The translations under genes and the position numbers were made by a program. A DNA stretch of 64,000 nucleotides from an uncultured delta proteobacterium (GTDB taxonomy: Bacteria > Desulfobacterota > Desulfobulbia > Desulfobulbales > Desulfocapsaceae): positions 94,048-158,047 of the forward strand of contig CAVQYQ010000004.1 in NCBI GenBank assembly GCA_963718195.1, given 5' to 3'. Below, one piece after another: positions 37,466 to 46,697 of the stretch. Each line of letters starts with the position of its first letter. The stretch's first letter is position 1. The notes beneath the pieces are model-generated. The model saw nothing but the letters and a program-made list of their open reading frames with translations. It searched no databases and had not been told where the DNA came from.

Positions 37466-37645
37466 TTACCAGCTATCACCAAGAACTGTGCCTAAATCGG
37501 TACAATTGGCTTTTTCTTCTTCACTCAAATCTTCTTTCTTCTTGATGCTTTTAAGATCATCGATATAGCAGGCATATTCTTTTCCATCTTTGTCTTGTAC
37601 CCATACCATTTTCTGAAATTCTTTTGAAATCACTTCCCCTTTCAT
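37466..37645 (-). CDS. Small acidic protein (59 aa), hypothetical
   Basis: Manual translation gives MKGEVISKEFQKMVWVQDKDGKEYACYIDDLKSIKKKEDLSEEEKANCTDLGTVLGDSW. A GGGAGG RBS lies 4 nt upstream. It is one codon below the ORF-track cut-off. The overlapping 81-aa track ORF (37557..37802) is in another frame and lacks an RBS. Confidence 0.45.
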   Translation of the reverse strand: MKGEVISKEFQKMVWVQDKDGKEYACYIDDLKSIKKKEDLSEEEKANCTDLGTVLGDSW

Positions 37646-37852
37646 AATACCTCCCTCGTTTAGAATTTTTGAAAATTAAATGATGCAGGAAAGATTCCCT
37701 CTTGAGTATTGTTGGTTGATTCACCAACACAGTGTAAAGACAATAATTATCAAAAAGTTGAAAGCAAGGAAAAGACGATAATTTCAAGTTAATCCGCTCC
37801 ATTCGGCTGCAGAGAATCCTTGCTTCTATCTCTGATAGGTTACAGAGGAAAA

Positions 37853-39187
37853 CTATTGATTTTTCTTAAAGGCTGTCTTGGGGAAAAAACAATATGGGCA
37901 CTCATCTGGTGGCATTTCATCATAGTGGACGTAACCACAGATCCTGCACCTCCAGACACTGCCAATTATCGATGCCTGCTGCCCATCGCCTGGATCGTGC
38001 TCCCGATGGAGCGGCAGGTCCTCCAGCAGGGGAAGGCTCGGCTGATACTCTTTGAGCAGATAATCCGCCAGGATGATTCGTTGAATTTCGCTGGTGCCCT
38101 CATAGATCCTCAGGAGGCGAACATCGCGCAGCAATTTTTCAATGGGAAACATCTTGGTGTAACCGTATCCACCAAAAATCTGTAAGGCCTCGTTGACCAC
38201 CTCCAGAGCTGTCTCTGTCGCATAGAGTTTGCTGATCGAAGCACTGACTCTTCCGTCCTGCTGTTGGTCCGAATCCCAAGCTGCTTTCCAGGTCAGCAAG
38301 CGGGCTGTTTCCACCTTCTGATACATCTCCGCCAGCTTAAACTGAATTGCCTGAAAAGCACTGATTGCCATACCGAAAGCACGCCTTTTTTTCGCGTAAT
38401 CAAGTGCATATTCCGTCGCCGCTCTGGCTGCTCCGACGCCAAAGCTGCCAATGATTGGCCGGGTGCGGGCAAAGGTCTTCATTGCAAGCACAAATCCTTC
38501 GCCAGGCAAAGCCAAAACATTTTCCTTTGGCACCCGTACATCTTTGAAATTAACCCCTACCGTGTTGGAACAGCGCTGACCCATTTTGGGAATAGCACGT
38601 CCGATTGTCACCCCGGGCCATTTTGTCTCTACCAGGAACGCGCAGATTCCCTGATGCTGGCTTTCAGGGTCTATGGACGCAAAGACCGACAGGTAATCAG
38701 CGACACCGCCGTTGGTAATCCAATATTTTGTGCCGTTAAGAAGATAGTCATCACCTGCAGCCTCAGCCCTGCAGCGAATGCCAGCCACATCAGAACCCAT
38801 TAATGGTTCAGATGTGGCAAAAGCGGCTAATTTGAAATCCCTGGCGATTTGAGGGAGGTATTTCTGTTTGGCATAGCTGTTGGTGGAGAGCAAGATCGGC
38901 TCCATTCCCAGCGAACTGTCGAAGATCGATGTCGCCAGCCCCGGACAAGCTGCGGCTATTTCTTCGGTAATCAAAGACGACTCTAACAAGCTCAGCCCTT
39001 GACCGCCAAATTCTTTTGGAATATCGCTGCCTATCATCCCGGCATCAAAAGCCTTGCGTATCACTTTCAGGGGAAGTTCATCTTTTTCATCGTAGTACCA
39101 GGCAACAGGTAAAACTTCTTTCAGAGCAAAAATGCGCGCCTTTTGCTGCAGGTCCAGTTGATCTTGGGTCAAACGGAAATTGAGCAT
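37853..39187 (-). CDS. Acyl-CoA dehydrogenase fused to a C-terminal rubredoxin-type domain
   Basis: Full ACAD core (TSEPLMGSD, YWITNG, YEGTSEIQR), then a linker of about 35 aa and WRCRICGYVHYDEMPPDECPYC (CxxC...CxxC). Confidence 0.85.
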   Translation of the reverse strand: MLNFRLTQDQLDLQQKARIFALKEVLPVAWYYDEKDELPLKVIRKAFDAGMIGSDIPKEFGGQGLSLLESSLITEEIAAACPGLATSIFDSSLGMEPILLSTNSYAKQKYLPQIARDFKLAAFATSEPLMGSDVAGIRCRAEAAGDDYLLNGTKYWITNGGVADYLSVFASIDPESQHQGICAFLVETKWPGVTIGRAIPKMGQRCSNTVGVNFKDVRVPKENVLALPGEGFVLAMKTFARTRPIIGSFGVGAARAATEYALDYAKKRRAFGMAISAFQAIQFKLAEMYQKVETARLLTWKAAWDSDQQQDGRVSASISKLYATETALEVVNEALQIFGGYGYTKMFPIEKLLRDVRLLRIYEGTSEIQRIILADYLLKEYQPSLPLLEDLPLHREHDPGDGQQASIIGSVWRCRICGYVHYDEMPPDECPYCFFPKTAFKKNQ

Positions 39188-39232
39188 AAGCGTTTCTCCA
39201 TCGGTTTTGGTTAAAAAGAGCGAACGAGCTGT

Positions 39233-39848
39233 TCAACTTTTCTCTCTGATTATCTCAAGGTTTATTAGGTCGTGCCGAAGTTTCTCAGCCGTGGTAAAGA
39301 GCAGTGCCCGCATGCCAAGATCCTTGGCTGCCAGAACGTGTTCCATCGTGTCATCAATAAAAACAGCTTCTGACGCTGTAACACCCAATCGCTCAAGGGC
39401 TCTAAAAAAGATTGCAGGCTCAGGTTTTGCCACCCCTTCGTCCCCGGAACAGATAACCTGTTTAAACAGCCAGCGAATGTCCCATTCTTTTAACCACTGG
39501 TCCAGGCCTGAGGGGTGATTTGAAACGACAGCGAGCTGATAGTGGTCTTTTAGCAACGTGAGGAGTTCAAAGACACCTGGGTTGATCTTTTCATCACGGT
39601 AGTAGCGTTTCTGGAATAATATGCAACGCTGAAGGATCATCCAGATTTAACTGTGGACCGATTGCCTGCCAGTAAGCCGCCATGTCGATCTCACCGACAA
39701 GTGCCTTTTCCCAGAAAGGCGACTCGAACATAATGGTGTTGATGGTTCCTGGTAACAGATTCAGTGCAGACTCATATGTTTCAAAAAGACTTTTCGGTTT
39801 CTGTGCAGAGATAACACGACCAAAATCGAATAAAAGCGCCTTAATCAT
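39233..39848 (-). pseudogene. HAD-superfamily phosphatase split by a frameshift between 39594 and 39640
   Basis: The N-terminal ORF has motif I, LLFDFGRV (DxG variant). The C-terminal ORF, in another frame, continues with FQKRYYRDEKINPGVFELL, motif II VVSN and motif III/IV K...FIDD. The two ORFs overlap by 47 nt. Confidence 0.75.
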
Positions 39849-39905
39849 CGTGGAGTGGTCTTTTCTTCTCTTGCCGAACTATTTAACAGCTCCAGTTCAG
39901 GATTC

Positions 39906-41003
39906 TCAGCAGAACTCGTTGACAAATTTTGATATCATATGAAACGCCTCGTCGTCAGTGAACTGCTCCGGAGGATGTTTACAGAAAAACGCCGAAGGTC
40001 CGAGCAGTGCTCCTGCTTTCCCACGGTCAAGGGCCAGCCGGGCACAACGGATCATATCAATAACCACACCGGCCGAATTTGGTGAATCTTCGACCGAAAG
40101 CCTCATTTCAATATCAATAGGGACATCACCAAAAATCTTCCCTTCCATGCGGATAAAACCAACCTTGTTGTCCCTTTGCCATTGTACATAATCACTGGGA
40201 CCTATGTGGATACGATCATCGACAAGCCTGCGCGCAGCTACCGATTGAACGGCCTCTGTCTTTGACTTCTTCTTGGATGCGAGCCTGGTCCTGTCGAGCA
40301 TATTGAGAAAATCCGTATTGCCGCCGGTATTGAGCTGATAGGTCCGTTCCAACTCGACGCCACGTCGCCGAAAGAGATCTGTGAGGGCGCGGTGAACAAT
40401 GGTGGCGCCCATCTGGGACTTCACATCATCACCAATCACGGGGAGCCCCCGGGTGGTAAACCGGCCGGCCCAGCCAGGATCACTGGCAATAAATATCGGG
40501 ATACAGTTGACCACCGCCACACCTGCCTCTAGGGCACAATTCATATAAAATTCAGTAGCCTGCTGGGACCCGACCGGCAGAAAATTCACCATAACCTGGG
40601 CCCCGCTGTTTCTCAGCTCCCCAACGACTGCTGCCATAGAGGCGTCCGGCTCTTCACTTGGAACAAATCGATACTTGGGATCAAGGTCCGCCATATGCGG
40701 TGATACACCATCAAGCAGGGCTCCCATATGAACGGTAACGCCAGTTTCAGGCACTTCAGGATAAAAGAGTTTGGTGCAGTTTGGGGGCTGCAATATCGCC
40801 TTCCCCACATCCAGACCAACCTTTCGTTGGTCTATATCAAACGCTGCCGCAATGGTGATATCGGTCGGATTGTAACCACCCAGGTCCCAGTGCATCAGGC
40901 CATTGACCTGTTTGGTTTGATGCTTTTTATAGAAGTATAAACCTTGTATCAAGGCACTGGCACAGTTACCGACACCGACAATAGCAATTTTGATTGTCTC
41001 CAT
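39906..41003 (-). CDS. ino1: myo-Inositol-1-phosphate (inositol-3-phosphate) synthase
   Basis: 365 aa with N-terminus IKIAIVGVGNCASALIQGLYFYK and overall collinearity with bacterial and archaeal MIPS. Confidence 0.9.
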   Translation of the reverse strand: METIKIAIVGVGNCASALIQGLYFYKKHQTKQVNGLMHWDLGGYNPTDITIAAAFDIDQRKVGLDVGKAILQPPNCTKLFYPEVPETGVTVHMGALLDGVSPHMADLDPKYRFVPSEEPDASMAAVVGELRNSGAQVMVNFLPVGSQQATEFYMNCALEAGVAVVNCIPIFIASDPGWAGRFTTRGLPVIGDDVKSQMGATIVHRALTDLFRRRGVELERTYQLNTGGNTDFLNMLDRTRLASKKKSKTEAVQSVAARRLVDDRIHIGPSDYVQWQRDNKVGFIRMEGKIFGDVPIDIEMRLSVEDSPNSAGVVIDMIRCARLALDRGKAGALLGPSAFFCKHPPEQFTDDEAFHMISKFVNEFC

Positions 41004-41062
41004 TAAAGCTCCTTATCTCCTTTTATGCAGGAAATTTTACTCGATGAAAGGCCTCCGCAAGT

Positions 41063-41743
41063 TCAAATGCTGTACCCTTTGCCATCTTCTGGCATCTCTT
41101 TTGTAACCATATCTTCAAGATCGCCGACATTGAGCTCTTTAACCTGGCTTGCGTGACATTTTAATGCTGCGAGTTTCTGGGAAAATGTCTCCGAGATATC
41201 GACATGATAGTTGATATCTTCAGCACCAAAAAAAAGCACTTCTTTTACCTTATGAGGCTCCAGACCTTCGGCAAGCATCTGCGGGTAGGCCATGTGATCT
41301 CGGGCATATGGGAAAAGGGCATCCATCACGACCTGACCGACAATCCGGTGATCGCGGTGCCAAAGATAACGCCGATATGGATCGGAACTGAGCACCATTT
41401 GTGGTCTAAAACGCCTTATCAGGCGAACGATTTCTTCCCGAAAAGCAGGCGTCTCCTCCAACTGCTGATCCGGCTTTCCCAGAAAAACAACATCTGCAAC
41501 GCCAAGCAGACGTGCCGCTTTCCTCTGTTCCTGCTGACGTATCCGGGCAAGCTCCAGAGCGGTCACCGCTCGATCACTGGTCCCCTTGTCACCGTTTGTA
41601 CACAATACATAGACGACTGATTTGCCTTCAGTGATCCACCTGGCAATGCTGCCGGCTGCCCCAAATTCGGCATCATCGGGATGAGCAATGATGACCATAA
41701 TGTCACATGTAATAGACATAAAACACCCCAGAATATTACTCAA
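41063..41743 (-). CDS. PIG-L/LmbE-family N-acetylglucosaminyl deacetylase (MshB/BshB-like)
   Basis: AHPDDAEFG metal motif and the HRDHR motif. It overlaps the upstream GT4 gene by 4 nt. Confidence 0.85.
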   Translation of the reverse strand: MSNILGCFMSITCDIMVIIAHPDDAEFGAAGSIARWITEGKSVVYVLCTNGDKGTSDRAVTALELARIRQQEQRKAARLLGVADVVFLGKPDQQLEETPAFREEIVRLIRRFRPQMVLSSDPYRRYLWHRDHRIVGQVVMDALFPYARDHMAYPQMLAEGLEPHKVKEVLFFGAEDINYHVDISETFSQKLAALKCHASQVKELNVGDLEDMVTKEMPEDGKGYSI

Positions 41744-42951
41744 GTATGAAATAACAAAGTATCATAGACTTTCAGCAGCGACGTCACTGCCTTTGCCCAG
41801 GTAAAGCCGCTGACGCTTTGTCTGATCTTTTCAGCGTCCTGTTGTTTTGCCAGCACCAGTCCACTCGATATCGCCTCCGCCAAACTATGATCATCGCCTG
41901 CTGCTGCCAGAAAACCGTTCGTCCCCTGCAAAATGACGTGAGGGGCAATACCCACCGGTGTGGAGGCGACTGGTGTGCCGGATGCCAAAGCCTCCAGGAT
42001 GACCAGGCCAAAGCTTTCGTAACGTGACGAAATCACCACCACATCCGCTTTTTGATAATACCGTACCATCTGTGAATGCTCAACCGGGCCAATCAGCTGC
42101 ACCTGCTCGCCGATTCCCAGTTCATTCACATAGTGTTCGATCTTTTGATAAGGATCACTCGACGGCCCGTCTCCACCAATGATAACCAGCTCAATCTCAT
42201 TACTGTCTGCAAGATGATAGACACTTCTTATCGCCAGATCCACACCCTTCATGGGATCAAATCTGCCGACAAACAGTACGAGTGGCCTTGCCTCTAAACC
42301 ACCGTTTTTGCAATTTACTGGGGCTGGGTCAGCTGTTTTAAAACGATCCATATTCACGCCCCAGGGAATATGGTAGATAGCAGCTCCCTCATCGGTAATC
42401 ATTGAAGCAAGATACTGACCCTCCTCCTCGGTAGGTACGATCACCCCGTCGCAGCACTGCAGCAGACGAGTTTCCTCGTCAATACGGTTTTGTTCCTCGA
42501 CATGGCCTGGGAAGGCAGCCATTTTAACCGCAGCGAGGGTGTGAAACGTAACTGCATGAGGGCAGTGCCAGAGCCTCTTTAATTGTTCACCCACCACGCC
42601 TGACAGCCAGTAATTGCTATGGATCAGATCATAAGAACCACCTTCTTGCCTGATAAAATTATCAATTACCGTGCAAAACCTGTCTAAATGCTCAAAAAGT
42701 GCGGACCGCGAGAGGCCTTCTGTCCCTTCAACAGCAAGATTTATGACCCTGACATGCGGCGCGTACGCAACAACCTGCTGCCAACCGTGGGTTGTTTGAC
42801 GCGTAAAAATGTCCACATGATGGCCCCTTCTGCCAAGTTCTGATGCCAGTTCCAGTAAATAGATACTCATTCCCCCGGTGTCGGCAGACCCCAGCCGACC
42901 AAGCGGACTGGAGTGCACAGAAAGCATGGCAATTCGAAGGTTTCTTCGCAT
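41740..42951 (-). CDS. GT4 glycosyltransferase, MshA-like (candidate inositol-phosphate GlcNAc transferase)
   Basis: IAMLSVHSSPLGRLGSADTGGMSIYLLE and DLIHSNYWLSGVVG...HTLAAVK are closely collinear with the corresponding MshA segments ([37 protein letters not shown]...HTLAAVK). The C-terminal E-x7-E region reads ESFGLVILEALASGTPV. Confidence 0.75.
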   Translation of the reverse strand: MRRNLRIAMLSVHSSPLGRLGSADTGGMSIYLLELASELGRRGHHVDIFTRQTTHGWQQVVAYAPHVRVINLAVEGTEGLSRSALFEHLDRFCTVIDNFIRQEGGSYDLIHSNYWLSGVVGEQLKRLWHCPHAVTFHTLAAVKMAAFPGHVEEQNRIDEETRLLQCCDGVIVPTEEEGQYLASMITDEGAAIYHIPWGVNMDRFKTADPAPVNCKNGGLEARPLVLFVGRFDPMKGVDLAIRSVYHLADSNEIELVIIGGDGPSSDPYQKIEHYVNELGIGEQVQLIGPVEHSQMVRYYQKADVVVISSRYESFGLVILEALASGTPVASTPVGIAPHVILQGTNGFLAAAGDDHSLAEAISSGLVLAKQQDAEKIRQSVSGFTWAKAVTSLLKVYDTLLFHT

Positions 42952-42985
42952 GATCAGCAGTCTTCCCGGGATGACCTGTCTCGTG

Positions 42986-43987
42986 TTATTCTCGTTGAAT
43001 AATACATTTCATCAGAGGAACTTCCATTCCACCAAGATGGAATTTGTACCTCTCCGTACCACCTAAAAAATCATATACCGCCTTCCCTGCCTCAATACTG
43101 GCGCGGATTGTTTCAATTTTGCTGACCACCCCAAGGGATATGGTGCGAAACCGGGGATCAAATCCGTTATTGTAAAGATAGGTGGTTTTGCCAATTTCAA
43201 CACAAAATACTGCGGCCACCTGCGAATCATTAACAGTAAGCGTATGAAGAGACAACATATCGAACTGCGAAAGTTCGGCTGCAAGGGTGCGAAAAAAGCC
43301 CTCTCTCGCATCGGTCATGAATTTTTTTTTATCCTCGCGACTCTGGCGAAACAGGTGAACAAATGAGTCCATGGCCGCTTCTGTCTCAGACCCTGTCCTG
43401 GCATTAGACTGAACACGCACTCCGGCCTCATTTGCCCGTCGAAGCTTTCGCCTCACTTCATGGCGTTGTTTACCAACCAGACTCTGGATATACTCCTCCC
43501 AGCTGGCTGGCAGGTCAGTTTGTACCGATGCAGTCTCTTGAGTAACAGAAACTCGCCACCCCTTTTCCCGGGCGGCTGGCACAAGATCATGATAGACGAG
43601 GGAATCTGGGCGTACCCGTTCCAAGGTCAGACAATGCACACCCTCTGCTTCCAGAAAACCAAGGATCTCCCGGGAAAAAAAATCCCGGCCCCCGGGCGCT
43701 GCGATAAAATCGCCAGTGTCACAGAGGTCAATAGAACCAATGAACCTGGCAATACCTCGTCTCACCATCAATGGCGCCACGCCCAGCGGTCGTGTACCTT
43801 CCGATACCAACAATATGAGCGACTCGTTGTCAGCTCCAAAATGGCGCCACCAGGATTTCAGCCAGGGCGGGGTGGTAAACGGGTTGTGCCACTGCCAGTT
43901 TTCACCATACTTGCTCCAGAGAGAAAAGAGCTCCGGTAATGTCGTTCTTTTTATCATCACCCCTGTTGCCGAACCCGTTCTCTTCAT
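42986..43987 (-). CDS. CelD/FemAB-like GNAT-fold acyltransferase
   Basis: 333 aa with N-terminus NPFTTPPWLKSWWRHF and C-terminus YLYNNGFDPRFRTISLGVVSKIETIRASIEAGKAVYDFLGGTERYKFHLGG, typical of the CelD/BioF2-like GNAT family. Confidence 0.6.
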   Translation of the reverse strand: MKRTGSATGVMIKRTTLPELFSLWSKYGENWQWHNPFTTPPWLKSWWRHFGADNESLILLVSEGTRPLGVAPLMVRRGIARFIGSIDLCDTGDFIAAPGGRDFFSREILGFLEAEGVHCLTLERVRPDSLVYHDLVPAAREKGWRVSVTQETASVQTDLPASWEEYIQSLVGKQRHEVRRKLRRANEAGVRVQSNARTGSETEAAMDSFVHLFRQSREDKKKFMTDAREGFFRTLAAELSQFDMLSLHTLTVNDSQVAAVFCVEIGKTTYLYNNGFDPRFRTISLGVVSKIETIRASIEAGKAVYDFLGGTERYKFHLGGMEVPLMKCIIQRE

Positions 43988-45031
43988 CGTACCGGGCTAT
44001 CCTCTTTGCTGCTGTCATTAATAGAAACACTGCAGCCGGTACGCGCAGCCTCTGCCAGCGCATCGAGAACCGCCATGTTGTTAATACTGTCATCGATCGG
44101 CACCATCGGCTCACCCCCACCAAGAACCAGATCACCAAAATGTTCAATCATCAACCGGTACTCATCGACACCAGGAATAACGATCTTCTCGGCAATTTCT
44201 TCAGCACCTGGCCGGTAGTATATTACAGCGTCTTTTTCCCACGGAACAAAGGCATCCTGAGGAAGATCGATAACGCCATCACTGCCAACAATACTATAGG
44301 TTTGTTGCAGCCCTGAACAGAAACTTGCCTCTATCGCAGCCAGCCTTCCATGAGCAAAGAGAAGATGAGCAACCAGGTGAATATCCACATCACTTTCAGG
44401 TCTGCGCACCGCCAGGGCTTGCACCCTGACAGGCTCTGCCTCCAGCAGCCAGCGGGCAACACTTGTTCCATAACAGCCAACGTCCAGAAGCGCCCCACCG
44501 CCGTGTGGAGAAACTGAGCCGGTGATTTGCACCGCTTTTCAGTACCGCTTCAGCCATGGAAAAACAAAATGCGGCGCGAACCAGCCGGGGCTTACCGATT
44601 GCTCCTGCAGAAATCATCGTTTTTATTCGTTGCGTGCGTGGATGGAACCGATACATCAGTGCCTCCATCAGGACACGGTCTGCCGATAAAGCCAGGGTTT
44701 TCATTTCCCTGGCCTCTGCAGCATTGCAGGCCAGTGGTTTTTCGCACAGCACATGTTTTCCAGCAAGGAGTGCCTTCTCTACCCACCTCAGGTGCAGATG
44801 ATTGGGCAGCGGAATATATACCGCATCCACACCAGGGTCCTGGACAACTTCATCATAACTCTGATAAATGGAGTCAATACCAACCTGCCGGGCAATGTCA
44901 TCGGCTTGATCAGGGCGCCGGGTACCAAGAGCACGAATTCTGCCGTTGTGTGAATGGGTAATTGCCGGCATCACGCATTTGCGGCCAATCATGGCATTGC
45001 CAAGAATGCCCCAGTTCAGTTTATCGCCCAT
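43984..45031 (-). pseudogene. Gfo/Idh/MocA-family oxidoreductase split by a frameshift near 44536..44539
   Basis: The N-terminal ORF has a Rossmann domain (WGILGNAMIGRK, GKHVLCEKPLA). The C-terminal ORF, in another frame, continues with GGGALLDVGCYG. Removing one base of the T4 run (A4 on the coding strand) at 44536..44539 gives a continuous reading, AVLKAVQITGSVSPHGGGALLD. The start at 45031 (MGDKLNWGILG) overlaps the upstream stop. Confidence 0.75.
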
Positions 45032-46697
45032 TGATCGTCTCAATCCTCCCGCCATATGCCATTGACCGGGCCGCCGCCTCAAGAATGGAGACGACTTTCA
45101 CTGAATCAGCAAGGGGAGCCGCGAGCGGCTCACCCCAGAAAAGATGATCCGCAAGGTTGTAGTGAAACGCCCATGGGTGTCTCTCTGGCAAAACAGGTTT
45201 TATCTGTTCGACATCGCCTGTCGAACGGCGCCGGTAAACGGTGATCTCCGGCATCATCTCTGTTGCGGGAATTTCTGTTTTGGTAAAGTAATGGAGCGGG
45301 TCTGCAGCAAAAGCTGTAATGTCTCGCCAGTCGCCACGGATTGCCCCTGAAGATCCAAGGATATACCATTTCGGCTTGTGGGCTGCGGCGATATCCGAGT
45401 GCATAAACTCGGCCTCCCGGCCATCTTCAAACCGTATCTGAATACGTTCCTGATCACCGTTGGTCACATCATGCCAGACGCGCTTATGTCTTGTGCCAAT
45501 TACCGCCTCAACCGGATACGGCATGAGCCCAACGAGCCAATCGATATAGTGGGCACCCCAGTCAAAAGATGTGCCTCCCGATACCGGCGCATGGGAATGC
45601 CAGTAGCCGCAGGGGTGATGAAATCCTCCAACAAAGGTCTCCAGATAAAACGGCTCACCGATCATTCCTTTGGCCAGCATATCTTTTATAGCGATGAAAT
45701 CGGCATCCCAACGACGGTTCTGATGGCAGCTCAAGTGTCGTGAACAACGCGCTGCCATTTCCTCCATTGCCCCGGTTTCTTCCCTGCTCAGGGCAAGCGG
45801 TTTTTCACACAACACATGCTTGCCGGCTGCCATCATCTGCATTGACAGGCGGGCATGACTGTTTGGAGCGGTTGCGACAATGACCAGGTCGACATGCTCG
45901 TCTTCAGCCATCGCCGCAGCATCAGCATAGGTCGTTATTCCAGGAAAGTCCAGTGTTGCCTGGTCAAGCTGTCCGGGATTGAGATCACAGGCGGCAACCA
46001 GGTGAAGCCCGGGGGTATTCTCTGCCGCACGCCCGTGAAATTTGCCCACCGAGGGTGCGTAACCGAGAATACCGATACCCAGCGAGACATCAGCAGCTGG
46101 CGCCTCGTTTTGAAAAGAGCGAAGCAGACGATAAAACGTCTGGCGAATCATCTGCGCACCAAAATCCTGCAGCGTTGTGGAGGCAAGGTAGCCTTTTCCA
46201 TAGGGGCGAGTAGTCAGAACACTGCTGTGGGCGTAATGCCAATCAGCATAGAGAACAGTCTCGGTATCCTCAGCTGTCACGTGCAATGGCTGGTAAAAAC
46301 CGTCAACATAAACGGCATCAGGCAGACGGACCCCGAGAAAGTTGTCTGAATCTGTAAACAGGACACGGAGCTCAGAGCGGGGACCGACCGGGCCCGGTTG
46401 TACACCAAACGCTTCAGGCAAGCGAATATCGTTCAGCCCGACCAGGGCAAGCCAAGCCCCGCCAGCTCTTACAAACTCAAGCATTCGATCGATTTCTCGT
46501 TTGCCAGTCAATTTCCCGGCGGTAAGTATGGCATCAATATCACTTAGGTCTGCAGGCAATTCGGATAGGTATGATGTCCGGACATGATCCATACCACCTC
46601 CAAATTCTGGCCATGGAAAATCGGTGCCGCACTCTACTTCTGTAATTATCAAAACAGAAAGCTCAGGATGATTGATCATTGTCTTCCTCTTTGCCAT
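45021..46697 (-). CDS. Fusion of a ThuA-like (class-I amidotransferase-fold) domain and a Gfo/Idh/MocA oxidoreductase
   Basis: The N-terminal 200 aa or so contain FVRAGGAWLALVG and YGKGYLASTTL (ThuA-like, tentative). The C-terminal 350 aa contain IGILGYAPSVGKFH and GKHVLCEKPLAL (Gfo/Idh/MocA). Confidence 0.65.
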   Translation of the reverse strand: MAKRKTMINHPELSVLIITEVECGTDFPWPEFGGGMDHVRTSYLSELPADLSDIDAILTAGKLTGKREIDRMLEFVRAGGAWLALVGLNDIRLPEAFGVQPGPVGPRSELRVLFTDSDNFLGVRLPDAVYVDGFYQPLHVTAEDTETVLYADWHYAHSSVLTTRPYGKGYLASTTLQDFGAQMIRQTFYRLLRSFQNEAPAADVSLGIGILGYAPSVGKFHGRAAENTPGLHLVAACDLNPGQLDQATLDFPGITTYADAAAMAEDEHVDLVIVATAPNSHARLSMQMMAAGKHVLCEKPLALSREETGAMEEMAARCSRHLSCHQNRRWDADFIAIKDMLAKGMIGEPFYLETFVGGFHHPCGYWHSHAPVSGGTSFDWGAHYIDWLVGLMPYPVEAVIGTRHKRVWHDVTNGDQERIQIRFEDGREAEFMHSDIAAAHKPKWYILGSSGAIRGDWRDITAFAADPLHYFTKTEIPATEMMPEITVYRRRSTGDVEQIKPVLPERHPWAFHYNLADHLFWGEPLAAPLADSVKVVSILEAAARSMAYGGRIETINGR

